Assembly: GCA_002898235.1 (NCBI GenBank)
Contig: BEIL01000001.1
Coordinates: forward strand, 191,041 to 247,965
Origin: a bacterium HR35
GTDB lineage: Bacteria > Patescibacteriota > Minisyncoccia > UBA6257 > HR35
DNA length: 56,925 nt
Direction: 5' to 3'
Positions 35,048 to 45,236 of this stretch are shown here, in pieces (position 1 is the first letter of the stretch; each line of letters starts with the position of its first letter). Below the pieces are notes generated by a model. It saw nothing but the letters and a program-made list of their open reading frames with translations. It made no database searches and was not told the origin of the DNA. Both the position numbers and the translations under genes were made by a program.

Positions 35048-36574
35048 TCAATTGTTAGTTTTCCCCAATTTTTGGAGGTATTCGCTATAGGTTATTTCTT
35101 GGTTTGGAAATAAAGAGTTTTCTTCTAATTTTATTTCCTTTTCCCAGATATTTAAAACAGCCTTTCTAATTTCTTCATCTAGAACTAATTCCTGAAATCT
35201 AAAATAAGGAAAATTGTAAAAAGAATGGGGATTAAATGTTTCATTTCCTCTTCCTTCGTTTGCTATTTCATAAATCAAACCTAAAATCGATTTGGTTCTA
35301 TCTTTATTGAATAAATTGCCACCTATTTGATCAACAACTCTTACAAAAATAGCAAATGGTTTTGATGTATCTTCTGGTTGAAATTTTGTTTGATCAATAA
35401 GATGAAAAATTAGTGGCAGCCAGATTTGTTTTGTTGTTTCATCAAGATTTGTTTGATTAAGTAAATATTCTGCAATTCTTTTACTTCTTTCTTCAGCATC
35501 TTTGCTTGTATATTGAGATAGAAAAATTAACTTTTCATTTTCTAAGGTAGCAATATTGCCTAAATCGTGACAAGCAAAAGCAATTAAAGCAATAAACCAA
35601 AATTCCTCTAAGGTTATTGGAGGTTCAACATTGTTTTCTTTATTCCATCTTTCTAAATCGCTCCTAATATTTAAAGGGTCATTTCCGTTTTTAGCTGCTA
35701 TAATCAATTTTTCTAAAGCTTCAAGAACTGCTTCTATATGATTTTCATTATGAAAAGAAGATTCTACTTTGCTTTCTTTATTGAATCTTTGATGAAGAGA
35801 GATACTTTCTTTAATTACTTTCCCAATAGCATTTAAATCTTTTACTAAGTTTTCTATTTCTTTTTTTAGAAGATTGATTAATTTAAAAAAATTTTGAGGT
35901 ATTTCGAGGCCGTTAACACGTAAAAATCCAAACAAATCTCTTTCATCTTCTAATCTGGTACTCCAAAAATATTCTGGTTTTTGAGAAAATAAATCAAAGA
36001 ATTTTTCTAAAAAACTGTAAGTTTCGAAAACAGTGAAAATTAAGTTTCTTTCATTTTCATTTAAATCTAGAGAAGATAAAATAATATAAAATTTTTCAAT
36101 TTCTGATTGGGCGTCTTTTGAAATAATCTCTATTAGCTTTTTGGAGGAAATAAAATCTAACTTAAGAAAAATTGTATTTAAATTTTTTCTTACAAAATCA
36201 AGGAGGAGAACTAAGGTTTCTAAAAAAACAAAAGAATAAAAAGCGAAGAGTACCTTGGATTTTAGATTTTCTATTTTTCTTTCGGATCTAATAATTTCTG
36301 AAATAGTAATCAAAACTTTTTCAAAGCTAAACATAAGAATATTTAAAATTTCAAAAACATAAAATTTTAAAAAATTATTTCTTAAAGATTCTTCCCAATC
36401 AGATGGCTTTTCTTTTGAAAATATTTCAAGAAAAGAAGATGGCCTTAACTTATCTGCGATCCAAGAAAAATTTGTTTTACCATAAAAATCATCAATAACA
36501 TTTTTAATAAATCTTTTAAAAATTTCCTCCCAGCCTGTTACTGGTGATCCATAAAAAAACTCTCGCTTAATCAT
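35048..36574 (-). CDS. hypothetical large helical protein with C-terminal HD-type phosphohydrolase-like motifs
   Basis: NENHIEAV...FACHDLGN...VRVVDQIG gives an H...HD...D spacing. The preferred start is Met at 36574 (MIKREFF), which forms an ATGA overlap with the upstream gene. Confidence 0.5.
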   Translation of the reverse strand: MIKREFFYGSPVTGWEEIFKRFIKNVIDDFYGKTNFSWIADKLRPSSFLEIFSKEKPSDWEESLRNNFLKFYVFEILNILMFSFEKVLITISEIIRSERKIENLKSKVLFAFYSFVFLETLVLLLDFVRKNLNTIFLKLDFISSKKLIEIISKDAQSEIEKFYIILSSLDLNENERNLIFTVFETYSFLEKFFDLFSQKPEYFWSTRLEDERDLFGFLRVNGLEIPQNFFKLINLLKKEIENLVKDLNAIGKVIKESISLHQRFNKESKVESSFHNENHIEAVLEALEKLIIAAKNGNDPLNIRSDLERWNKENNVEPPITLEEFWFIALIAFACHDLGNIATLENEKLIFLSQYTSKDAEERSKRIAEYLLNQTNLDETTKQIWLPLIFHLIDQTKFQPEDTSKPFAIFVRVVDQIGGNLFNKDRTKSILGLIYEIANEGRGNETFNPHSFYNFPYFRFQELVLDEEIRKAVLNIWEKEIKLEENSLFPNQEITYSEYLQKLGKTNN

Positions 36575-36891
36575 ATTAATCCTTCTTTTTTTAATTCTAA
36601 TAATATTTCTTCTGGGATAGGATTTGATTGGGGACTTATTCCAGGATATCTCCAAGCTGAAATTATTTTTATTAAATCATTTTCTTTTTGAATCATCAGC
36701 CAAATTTCTTGATTCCAAGTTTTCTTTTTACCAATTTTTTTTATTTTTGCTGGTTGCATCAAGGCAACAGTTTGAGGAGCAACTCCCTCTTCGATTCTAT
36801 AAGGTTTAGTTAAAATTCTTTTTAGTCTTTGCTTAGATAGCTGATAAAATTTAATTTTTTTCTCAGCGTGTTTTGTCCAATAAATCTTCAT
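36571..36891 (-). CDS. DUF4258-like small protein (toxin-like fold)
   Basis: MKIYWTKHAEKKIKFYQLSKQRLKRILTKP resembles the DUF4258 N-terminal signature (I-x-W/F-T/S-x-HA...R...I). This is a weak, memory-based call. Confidence 0.4.
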   Translation of the reverse strand: MKIYWTKHAEKKIKFYQLSKQRLKRILTKPYRIEEGVAPQTVALMQPAKIKKIGKKKTWNQEIWLMIQKENDLIKIISAWRYPGISPQSNPIPEEILLELKKEGLI

Positions 36892-36901
36892 TAACTAATT
36901 G

Positions 36902-36973
36902 TGCCGCGGGAGGGAATCGAACCCCCGACGCGTGGCTCTTCAGGCCACCGCTCTACCACTGAGCTACCGCGGC
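36902..36973 (-). tRNA. tRNA-Phe (anticodon GAA), no encoded CCA
   Basis: Reverse complement GCCGCGGTAGCTCAGTGGTAGAGCGGTGGCCTGAAGAGCCACGCGTCGGGGGTTCGATTCCCTCCCGCGGCA. Anticodon loop CTGAAGA. Confidence 0.85.
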
Positions 36974-36997
36974 TTTTAATTAAATTATAACAAAAAT

Positions 36998-39505
36998 TTA
37001 TGCTTGTTTAACTTCAGCTCTTAATTTTTTCATTCTTTCTTGATGCTCAGGAGTGTTTAATAAACCACATTTTTTATATTTCTTACCTGAACCACAAGGA
37101 CAAGGATCATTTCTGCCAATTTTAGGTGTTTGAACTTTAATTTCTAAATTCATAAAAAGCTGAAAAAGATAATTTCTTAAAGCTGAATGGAAATTAATAA
37201 AGGCTTGATAAGCTTCTTCTTTGAAAACAACTAGGGGGTCTTTATGAGCATAGGCCTGAAAACTAACAGAATCCTTAAGATGATCAAGATAATGAAGATG
37301 CTCGATCCAAAGAAAATCGTAAATTCTCAAAATAAGATTTTTAACAATTTTAGGAAAATCTTCAGGAAAGTTATCTCTTAAAAAATTAAATTTTTCTAAA
37401 AATTTTTTTCTAATTTCTTCAATCTCTTCTAGACCAAAAATATATTTTAAAGTTTGAGGAGAAGCTTCAGACAGAAGAACTTCAAACTCTTTCAAAAGAT
37501 AATCTTCAAAATTAATTAATCCTAAAAGGACCTGCCTTCTTTCGCTATAAATTTTTTCTCGTTGAGCATTAATTACATTATCATATTCTAAAAGATGTTT
37601 TCTAATATCAAGATTAAAACCTTCTATCTTTTTTTGAATTTCTTCTATAGTTTTAGAAATTAGAGAATATTCAAGAGAGATATTTTCATTTTCTTTATTT
37701 TTAGTAATTCCTAATTTTTCTAAAACTGATTTAATTTCATCACCGCCAAAAGCTCGTAAAAGGTCATCTTCTAAAGAAATGAAAAACTGAGTTTCGCCTG
37801 GGTCTCCTTGTCGTCCTGCTCGTCCGCGAAGCTGATTATCTATTCTTCGAGCTTCATGTCTTTCAGTTCCAATTACAAAAAGGCCTCCTAAAGATTTTAC
37901 TTTTTCATATTCTTCAGGATCTTGTGGATTTCCTCCAAGCAAAATATCAACACCTCGTCCAGCCATATTAGTAGCTACAGTAACTGCTTTTAACTTACCT
38001 GCTTGAGCAATAATTGCACCTTCTTCTTCATGATTTTTAGCATTTAATACTCGATGAGGAATACCGGCTTCTTGAAGCATTTTAGAAAGTTTTTCGTTAT
38101 TTTCAATTGAAGTTGTTCCAACAAGAACTGGTCTACCGATTTCATGAAGTTCTTTCACTTTTTCAACTACTGCTTTCCATTTTGCTTCTTTAGTCAAAAA
38201 AACTTTGTCAGGATGGTCAATTCGAATGCAGGGTTTATTTGGTGGAATTTTAACAACTTCTAAGTTATAAACATATTTAAATTCCTCCTTTGAGGTCCAA
38301 GCAGTTCCAGTCATTCCAGCAAGTTTTTTATATTTTTTGAAGAAATTCTGGATAGTGATAGTTGCTGTGGTTCTCATTTCAGGTTTAATAGGAACACCCT
38401 CCTTAGCTTCAATTGCTTGATGAAGTCCTCCTGACCAACGACGACCAAACATCAATCTTCCTGTAAATTCATCAACAATAATCACTTCATTATCTTTAAC
38501 AATGTAATCTTTGTCTCGATGATAAAGATAATTAGCAGTTAAAGCTTGCTCTAAATGATGAACTGCTCGAACATCTAGAGTTTCATAAGGATTGTAACCC
38601 AAAATATTTTGCAACTTATTTAAACCTTCTTCGGTTAAAATAACTTTTCTTGATTTTTCATCAATAATAAAATCTTTTTCTTTTTCTAAAGTTTTAGCAA
38701 CTTTATCATAGTAATAATAAAGTCTATAATCTTCAATTTCATAGCCACCAATAATAAGTGGTGTTCGAGCTTCATCAATTAAAATACTATCAACTTCATC
38801 AATAATGGCATAATTTAATTCTCTTGCTTGAACAATTTCATCTGGCTCATAAACTAAATTATCTCTCAAATAATCAAAACCAAATTCGTGATTAGTCCCA
38901 TAAACAATATCAGCTAAATAGGCTTCTTTTCGGCTAATTGGTCTTAAATATTCATGAAAAACTTTAAAGGCTCCCAAGGTATCTCTTTTTTTATCTTCTT
39001 CACTGGGAACAAAGGCAGGATCATAAATAAAACTTTGTTCATGAACTAAACAAGCAGTAGTTAAACCTAAAAAATGATAAATTTGGCCCATCCAAACAGT
39101 ATCTCTCTGAGCTAAATAATCATTAACTGTTACAATATGAACCCCTTCACCGGTTAAAGCATTTAAATAAGCAGCTAAGGTTGCTGTCAAAGTTTTTCCT
39201 TCTCCAGTCATCATTTCAATTACCATCCCTTTATGGAGTCCAATACCACCAAGGAGCTGAACGTCAAAATGTCTTTGCCCCAAGGTTCTTTTAGCTGCCT
39301 CCCTCACAATAGCAAAGGCTTCAGGCAAAAGAGCATCTAATTTTTCACCTTTATTCAGTCTTTCTTTAAATTCTAAGGTTTTACCTTTTAAAGCTTCATC
39401 AGAAAGTTTTTCGAAATCTTTTTCTAAAGAATTAATTTTCTCAACTAAAGGTTTCCATTCATCAAGATAATCTTTAAAAAGAAAAGAAAAAATCTTTTTA
39501 ATCAT
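36998..39505 (-). CDS. secA: preprotein translocase ATPase SecA
   Basis: MMTGEGKTL (Walker A), DEVDSILIDEARTPLII, LRGRAGRQGDPG and the C-terminal zinc motif CPCGSGKKYKKC. Confidence 0.95.
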   Translation of the reverse strand: MIKKIFSFLFKDYLDEWKPLVEKINSLEKDFEKLSDEALKGKTLEFKERLNKGEKLDALLPEAFAIVREAAKRTLGQRHFDVQLLGGIGLHKGMVIEMMTGEGKTLTATLAAYLNALTGEGVHIVTVNDYLAQRDTVWMGQIYHFLGLTTACLVHEQSFIYDPAFVPSEEDKKRDTLGAFKVFHEYLRPISRKEAYLADIVYGTNHEFGFDYLRDNLVYEPDEIVQARELNYAIIDEVDSILIDEARTPLIIGGYEIEDYRLYYYYDKVAKTLEKEKDFIIDEKSRKVILTEEGLNKLQNILGYNPYETLDVRAVHHLEQALTANYLYHRDKDYIVKDNEVIIVDEFTGRLMFGRRWSGGLHQAIEAKEGVPIKPEMRTTATITIQNFFKKYKKLAGMTGTAWTSKEEFKYVYNLEVVKIPPNKPCIRIDHPDKVFLTKEAKWKAVVEKVKELHEIGRPVLVGTTSIENNEKLSKMLQEAGIPHRVLNAKNHEEEGAIIAQAGKLKAVTVATNMAGRGVDILLGGNPQDPEEYEKVKSLGGLFVIGTERHEARRIDNQLRGRAGRQGDPGETQFFISLEDDLLRAFGGDEIKSVLEKLGITKNKENENISLEYSLISKTIEEIQKKIEGFNLDIRKHLLEYDNVINAQREKIYSERRQVLLGLINFEDYLLKEFEVLLSEASPQTLKYIFGLEEIEEIRKKFLEKFNFLRDNFPEDFPKIVKNLILRIYDFLWIEHLHYLDHLKDSVSFQAYAHKDPLVVFKEEAYQAFINFHSALRNYLFQLFMNLEIKVQTPKIGRNDPCPCGSGKKYKKCGLLNTPEHQERMKKLRAEVKQA

Positions 39506-39512
39506 TGAAGAT

Positions 39513-39833
39513 TTAGGCAGAAATTTTTTCTATTTTAACTAACCAAATTTCTTTCTTATAACCCTTTTTCTTGCGATAACGAGTTTTTGGTTTATATTTC
39601 CAAACCAAAGTTTTAACTTTTTTTTTCTTAATCAAAACACCTTCGACTTTAATTTTTTTTAATTCTTCTTTATCGAAAACTATCTTATCATCAGAAGCAA
39701 AGAAGAGAACTTCGTTAAACTCAATTTTAGAATTGCTTTCTTGGTTATATCCTTTAATTTTTTCAATTTCAATTTCGCTTCCTTCAACTACCAAATATTG
39801 TTTACCGCCAGTTTGAATAACTGCTAATTTCAT
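39513..39833 (-). CDS. rplU: 50S ribosomal protein L21
   Basis: MKLAVIQTGGKQYLVVEGSEIEIEKI and the basic region KPKTRYRKKKGYKK. Confidence 0.85.
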   Translation of the reverse strand: MKLAVIQTGGKQYLVVEGSEIEIEKIKGYNQESNSKIEFNEVLFFASDDKIVFDKEELKKIKVEGVLIKKKKVKTLVWKYKPKTRYRKKKGYKKEIWLVKIEKISA

Positions 39834-39835
39834 TT

Positions 39836-40141
39836 TTAATAATAATTAAAAAAATAGACCTTTAAAGCTAAAAAAAGGTGGAGTAAAACAAAAACAAAAA
39901 TAATTTTACCAAAAAATCGCCGATTAAAAAAGAGGTAAAAAATAAGATTGGCTAATTGAAGAAAAAAGATAAGGAGAATTAGATAAATGAGCTGATGAGT
40001 AGCTAGAAAAAATGTTATTTCTTCTCTCTTAAAAATTACTAAATAATTTTCTCCTTGAAGAAAAATTAAAAGCCAAACAAAAAGCGGTGAAAGAAAATAA
40101 ATTAAAAATAAAATTGATTTAAGAATTTTAAAATTTTTCAT
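39836..40141 (-). CDS. small hypothetical membrane protein
   Basis: Three hydrophobic helices. ATGA-type overlap with murG. Confidence 0.45.
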   Translation of the reverse strand: MKNFKILKSILFLIYFLSPLFVWLLIFLQGENYLVIFKREEITFFLATHQLIYLILLIFFLQLANLIFYLFFNRRFFGKIIFVFVLLHLFLALKVYFFNYY

Positions 40142-41286
40142 CCTCTTTTAGCTAAATAAAGAATTTCTTCAGCTAATCTTTGAGCTGAACCTGGTTTATA
40201 AAAATTTAAAGCTGCTTTTTTCATTTTTTCGCTAATTTCGGAATTAGTTAAAATTTGTTCAGCATAAAAAGAAAGAAGATGGGGTTTAGCATTGTTTTCT
40301 TCTAAAAAATAAGCAGCTCCGGTTTTTGAATAAACTATAGCATTTTCTTTTTGATGACCGCCAACCACTTCCTCGCTTAAAGGAATTAAAATACTTGGTT
40401 TGCCTAAAGCAGCTATTTCAAAAATTGTTCCGGCTCCAGCTCGAGCAATAACTAAATCAGCCATTTTCATTAAAATTAAAACATCTTCATTTCTTAAAAA
40501 AGGAAAAATTTTATAATACTTTTCTCTTAGAGGAATTGATTGCCGAATTATTTTTAAAGCTAAAAAATAGGTTTCTTGAAAAAATTTTTTACCAGTAAGA
40601 TGAACTACCTGAGCTATTTTAAGAAGTTGGGGTAGAGCTTGAACAATTAGTTCATTTAAAAATTGAGAACCCTGAGCTCCACCTAAAATTAAAATTAATT
40701 TTTCCTGGGGATCGAGTTGAAATCTTTCATAGTCTTCTTTCAAAATAGGTGAATAGATTATTCTTTCATCAATTGGTTGGCCAATAACTAGAGTTTCTTT
40801 GTTTTGAAAAAATTTTTTTGCTTCTTCAAAGGCTAAAGCTATTTTCCGAGCAAATTTTGAAGAAACTTTATTTGTCCAACCTGGAATAGTATCTGATTCA
40901 TGAACTAAAACCGGAATTTTAAAAAGCCAAGCAACAAAAACCGGCGGAAAAGCACTGGTTCCACCTTTGGAAAATAAAACATCCGGCATAATTAAAAAAA
41001 GATAAAAGAAGCTTAAAAGAAAAGCTATTGGAGCTTTTAAGAAAATATCGATAAAATTTTCCAATGAAAAATATCTTCTAATTTTAAAACTAGGTAAAAT
41101 ATAAATTTTAACACCCTCTTCTTCGAACGTTTTTTTATCTAATGGTTCAACTCCAATATAATAAAACTTTAATTTTAAATTTTTTTCTTGAGCTATTTTT
41201 TTAAGCTCTCTCAAAGTAAAAAGTAAAGGAAAAAAATGGCCGCCAGTAGCCCCACCAGTAAAACAAATTCTTATTTCCTCACTCAT
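40138..41286 (-). CDS. murG: undecaprenyl-PP-MurNAc-pentapeptide GlcNAc transferase
   Basis: FTGGATGGHFFPLL, ARAGAGTIFEIAALGKPSILIP and HQKENA. Confidence 0.9.
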   Translation of the reverse strand: MSEEIRICFTGGATGGHFFPLLFTLRELKKIAQEKNLKLKFYYIGVEPLDKKTFEEEGVKIYILPSFKIRRYFSLENFIDIFLKAPIAFLLSFFYLFLIMPDVLFSKGGTSAFPPVFVAWLFKIPVLVHESDTIPGWTNKVSSKFARKIALAFEEAKKFFQNKETLVIGQPIDERIIYSPILKEDYERFQLDPQEKLILILGGAQGSQFLNELIVQALPQLLKIAQVVHLTGKKFFQETYFLALKIIRQSIPLREKYYKIFPFLRNEDVLILMKMADLVIARAGAGTIFEIAALGKPSILIPLSEEVVGGHQKENAIVYSKTGAAYFLEENNAKPHLLSFYAEQILTNSEISEKMKKAALNFYKPGSAQRLAEEILYLAKRG

Positions 41287-41328
41287 TTTAAAAAATTATA
41301 ACTCTTTTTTATAATAATAAGTAATTTA

Positions 41329-42648
41329 ATGGGAACTAAACTTAAGGATTTAATTTTTTTCTTTGTTGATTTTTTTACTTTTTATTTAGCTTTGATTTTA
41401 GCTTTAATCTTAAGGCACCTTGTTAATTTTAATTTAGAAATTTTAAAACTTCACTTTTTTCCTTTTTTCATTGTTTTTGTTTTTTGGTTTTTCTTTTTTT
41501 ATATTTTTGATCTTTATAATTTCAAAAAAATAAGTTTTTTGTCAGAATATTCAAAAAATTATTTAACGGCTCTTTTTATTTCCCTTTTATTTACCATTTT
41601 GCTTTTTTATTTTTTGCCTTTGTTTCAAATAGCTCCTAAAACTCTTCTCCTTCTTTTTATCTTGATTTTTGTACCGCTTAATTTAGAAGCTAGAAGTTAT
41701 TTGTTAAAAAAAATTGGTGAAAAAGTTGAAAAAAATATTGCTTTAATTGGAGAAGCTAGAGACATTGATGAAATTGAAAATTATTTATTAACTCATCAAT
41801 CTTTAGGTTTTAAAAAGGTTTTAAGATTCAGAAGATTAAGTGAAGTTTATGAAGATGAAGAAAATGTTGATTATTTGGTAGTAGCCAATGATATATTAAG
41901 AGATGAAGAATTTTCTAAAAGTCTTTTAGATAAAGTTTTAAAAGGAAAAGTGGTTTTAAGTTCTTTAGTTTTTATTGAAAATTTCCTTAATAAAATCAAT
42001 CTTGAAGGTCTAAATGAGGAATGGTTTTTAAATAATGTTTTTAATAAAGATGAAGCTTATGAGTTTTTTAAAAGAATTATTGATGTTTTAATTGCTGGTT
42101 TAGCTTTAATTATTTCTTTACCTTTATGGCCAATTATTATTTTAGGTATTAAAATTTCTTCTCCTGGACCAATATTTTTTAAAGATTCAAGAGTTGGTAA
42201 AAACGAAAAAACATTTATTCTGTATAAATTTAGAACAATGCACGTTGCTGAATATAAAAACCCAAAGAAAGAAAAAGTTTTTGGTGTTAAAGAAGATGAC
42301 CCTCGAATTTTTTTCTGGGGTAAAATTTTAAGAAGACTCCATTTAGATGAACTTCCTCAGGCTTTGAATGTTTTAAAAGGAGATTTAAGTTTGGTTGGAC
42401 CTAGACCAGATTCAAAGCCTTATTATGACTTTTTAAAAAATAAAATCCCTCTTTATTCCTTAAGAACTTTAATTAAACCAGGAATTACTGGATGGGCTCA
42501 GATTAATGAAAAAACAGGCGATTCAATTGAAGAAGCTAAAGAAAGATTAGAATACGATTTTTATTACCTAAAAAACAGAAATTTAATTTTAGACATAATA
42601 ATTATTTTAAGAACTTTAAAAATAGTTTTAACTGTTTGGGGAAAATAA
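41329..42648 (+). CDS. polyprenyl-phosphate hexose-1-phosphate transferase (WbaP/ExoY bacterial sugar transferase)
   Basis: N-terminal TM bundle plus KRIIDVLIAGLALII...GPIFFKDSRVG...FRTM...DELPQALNVLKGDLSLVGPRP. Confidence 0.85.
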   Translation: MGTKLKDLIFFFVDFFTFYLALILALILRHLVNFNLEILKLHFFPFFIVFVFWFFFFYIFDLYNFKKISFLSEYSKNYLTALFISLLFTILLFYFLPLFQIAPKTLLLLFILIFVPLNLEARSYLLKKIGEKVEKNIALIGEARDIDEIENYLLTHQSLGFKKVLRFRRLSEVYEDEENVDYLVVANDILRDEEFSKSLLDKVLKGKVVLSSLVFIENFLNKINLEGLNEEWFLNNVFNKDEAYEFFKRIIDVLIAGLALIISLPLWPIIILGIKISSPGPIFFKDSRVGKNEKTFILYKFRTMHVAEYKNPKKEKVFGVKEDDPRIFFWGKILRRLHLDELPQALNVLKGDLSLVGPRPDSKPYYDFLKNKIPLYSLRTLIKPGITGWAQINEKTGDSIEEAKERLEYDFYYLKNRNLILDIIIILRTLKIVLTVWGK

Positions 42649-43623
42649 ATTCTGAAAATAACCTTTTTCAGCTAAAAAAGCGTCAAGAGCTGAATATTTA
42701 TAACTAAAACCATAACTTGTTATTTTTGAGCCATCAACAACAATAGGAAAAGAATAAGAATTAACCGAACCAGGAGCAGTCGGAATTTTACCCAAAGAAA
42801 GCCACCAGCAAAGCGAAAAAATAACTTTTAAAAATGAGTAAGGAACCTTAATTATTTTTTTACCTAAAATTTTAGCTATGTCTTTAAAATAAACAAATGA
42901 AGAGGGGGCAATATTAAAAACTTCAAAACTATTTTTAGGGTCATTTTCTAACCAAAATAAAATTGCTTGACAAACATCATCTTCATGAACATATTGTCTT
43001 AAAGAATTATCTGAAGCTAAAACAATCAAGGGAGCAAAATTTTTCATAAATCTTAAAAGTCCTCCCTTTTTAAAATATTTCTGGGCAAAAGGACCAGTGA
43101 CTGTAGCCAACCTTAAGACAATTATCTTGATCTCTTTATTTTTTTCACTAAAATCTTTTAATTTTTTTTCCATTTCTATCTTTTCTTTTCCATAAAGATA
43201 TTCTTTTTCTTTTAAGGCCGAGTCTTCTTTAAAAGGAACTTGAGGATTGTTTTCTTTATTAGCGCCATAAACAGCAATTGAACTTAAAGCAATTATTTTT
43301 TTAACTTTTTTTATCTGAGCAAAATTTAATACTTTCTCTAAACCAAAAGAATTTTCCTTAAGATGCTTTTTAAGTTTAAACCACCAAAATGGCCTTCGAA
43401 TCCAAAAAGCAAAATGAAAAATAATATCAATTTCATCAATATTTTTTTCCCAATCGTCAACTAAATTTTTTTGGATAAAAATTATTTTTTCATTGGGTTG
43501 CCACAGAATCTTTGGTTTTTGAATATCAAGAGCATAAATTTTTTCAACTTTTGGATGTTGATTAAGAAAATAAGTTATCATTGAACCAAGATAACCACTA
43601 GCGCCGGTAATTAAAACTTTCAT
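42628..43623 (-). CDS. NAD-dependent epimerase/dehydratase family protein
   Basis: VLITGASGYLGS and YGKEK (YxxxK). Confidence 0.7.
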   Translation of the reverse strand: MKVLITGASGYLGSMITYFLNQHPKVEKIYALDIQKPKILWQPNEKIIFIQKNLVDDWEKNIDEIDIIFHFAFWIRRPFWWFKLKKHLKENSFGLEKVLNFAQIKKVKKIIALSSIAVYGANKENNPQVPFKEDSALKEKEYLYGKEKIEMEKKLKDFSEKNKEIKIIVLRLATVTGPFAQKYFKKGGLLRFMKNFAPLIVLASDNSLRQYVHEDDVCQAILFWLENDPKNSFEVFNIAPSSFVYFKDIAKILGKKIIKVPYSFLKVIFSLCWWLSLGKIPTAPGSVNSYSFPIVVDGSKITSYGFSYKYSALDAFLAEKGYFQNLFSPNS

Positions 43624-43626
43624 TTG

Positions 43627-44736
43627 TTAATTCCTTAAAGAACTAATAAGACCTAAACTAAAATAAATTGCTATTTGGCTTGAAGCTCCTAAACTAAAAA
43701 AAGGTAAAACAACTCCAGTAGGAACAAAAACGCCAATATTTGACATTAAGTGAAGAAAAGTTTGGGTTACTAACCAGCCAAAAACTCCTAAACAAAAGGC
43801 TCTTTTTTCTAAATCAGGATTATTAAAAGCTAAAAATAAAATTCTTAAAAAAAGAATAATAAAAAGTATAATTAAAGCTAAACTTCCTAGAAAACCTAAT
43901 TCTTCAGCATAAATAGCAAAAATAGAATCAGTCAACATTTGGGGCAGGGTTAAAATTTTCATTTGGGATTTACCTAATCCTTTTCCCCAAAAACCTCCAG
44001 AAGCAATAGCGATAGTTGTTTGTTTAAGTTGAAAAAATCTTTCTTGGTGTAAAGCTCCTTTAGTTAAAAAAGAAAGAATTCTTTCTTGGCGGTAGCCCCA
44101 AAAAAGAATGCCAATTAAAACTAAAATAATCAAAAAGGTAAAAGTAAAAAGAGAAAAGGAAAAAATTTCTTTAGGAGAATTTAAAAAGACTAAAGAAGAA
44201 AAAAATAATGCAATAGCTAAAATAAGACTATTACTTAACGATGGTTCTAAAAAAATTGGTAAAATAACTAAAAAGGAAAAAGATAAAAATAAAATGATTT
44301 TAACTTTTAAAGAAGAGCGAAGATTAGCGCCTAAAAGAAAGCTTAAAACTAAAATAGAAAGAGGTTTAATAGTTTCTGCAGGTTGAAAGGCAAAACCTCC
44401 TAAATTAAACCACCTTCTAGCTTCACCTACCTGAAGAGAAAAAGGAAGAATTAAAACTAAAATTAAAAAAAGATAAGCTAGAAAAAAGAAAAAAAGAAAA
44501 AGAGGCTTAAATTTGTTCCATTTTTGACCTAAAAGATTGCCTATAAAGAAAAAGAAAAAACCTAAAATAAAATCTTTAACAAAAAAATCTTTAAAATAAG
44601 TTAAGCTATTTCCGGTTTTAATTAACGAATAATAAGTGGAAGCACTATAGAAGTTAATCAAGCCTAAAAGAGCTAAAATAAAGACATTAATTAAAAGAAA
44701 ACGATCGAAAGAAAAAATATTTTTTTTCATTGACAA
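43627..44736 (-). CDS. ftsW: FtsW/RodA/SpoVE (SEDS) peptidoglycan glycosyltransferase
   Basis: Ten hydrophobic helices. FQPAETIKP and LPQMLTDSIFAIYAEELGF. Confidence 0.85.
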   Translation of the reverse strand: MSMKKNIFSFDRFLLINVFILALLGLINFYSASTYYSLIKTGNSLTYFKDFFVKDFILGFFFFFIGNLLGQKWNKFKPLFLFFFFLAYLFLILVLILPFSLQVGEARRWFNLGGFAFQPAETIKPLSILVLSFLLGANLRSSLKVKIILFLSFSFLVILPIFLEPSLSNSLILAIALFFSSLVFLNSPKEIFSFSLFTFTFLIILVLIGILFWGYRQERILSFLTKGALHQERFFQLKQTTIAIASGGFWGKGLGKSQMKILTLPQMLTDSIFAIYAEELGFLGSLALIILFIILFLRILFLAFNNPDLEKRAFCLGVFGWLVTQTFLHLMSNIGVFVPTGVVLPFFSLGASSQIAIYFSLGLISSLRN

Positions 44737-44738
44737 AC

Positions 44739-45236
44739 TTATCTTTTATGCCATTGAGGAGCTTTTCTTGCTTTTTTAAGTCCATATTTCTTTCTTTCAA
44801 CTTCACGAGGATCTCGAGTAAGAAACCCTGCTTTTTTAAATTTTGGTCGCCATTCAGGATTTAACTTAACTAATGCTCGAGCTAAACCTAATCTAATAGC
44901 CTCAGCTTGACCTCTTAAACCTCCGCCTTTAACTTTAACCGAAACTCGATAAACTCCAAAAGCTTTTAACTTCCTTAAAGGAGCATTAGCTGCTTTAATA
45001 AATTCAACTAAATTGGAAAAATATTCTTTGTAATCTCGTCCATTAACTATAATCTCAAAATCTTTTTCTTTTGTCTTTCGAGAAGCGTCAAAAATTCTTA
45101 CTCGAGCAGTTGCTTCTTTTCTTCTGCCAATACCTTCAATATATCTTCCAGCACCAATTTTAGGAAAAACATTCTCAATTATTTTTTCTTCTTGTTCACT
45201 TGTTTCTTCAATTAAAGCTGCTTGTGGTTTGTCCAT
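44739..45236 (-). CDS. rpsI: 30S ribosomal protein S9 with an acidic N-terminal extension
   Basis: GIGRRKEATARVRI...GGGLRGQAEAIRLGLARAL...TRDPREVERKKYGLKKARKAPQWHKR. Confidence 0.9.
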   Translation of the reverse strand: MDKPQAALIEETSEQEEKIIENVFPKIGAGRYIEGIGRRKEATARVRIFDASRKTKEKDFEIIVNGRDYKEYFSNLVEFIKAANAPLRKLKAFGVYRVSVKVKGGGLRGQAEAIRLGLARALVKLNPEWRPKFKKAGFLTRDPREVERKKYGLKKARKAPQWHKR

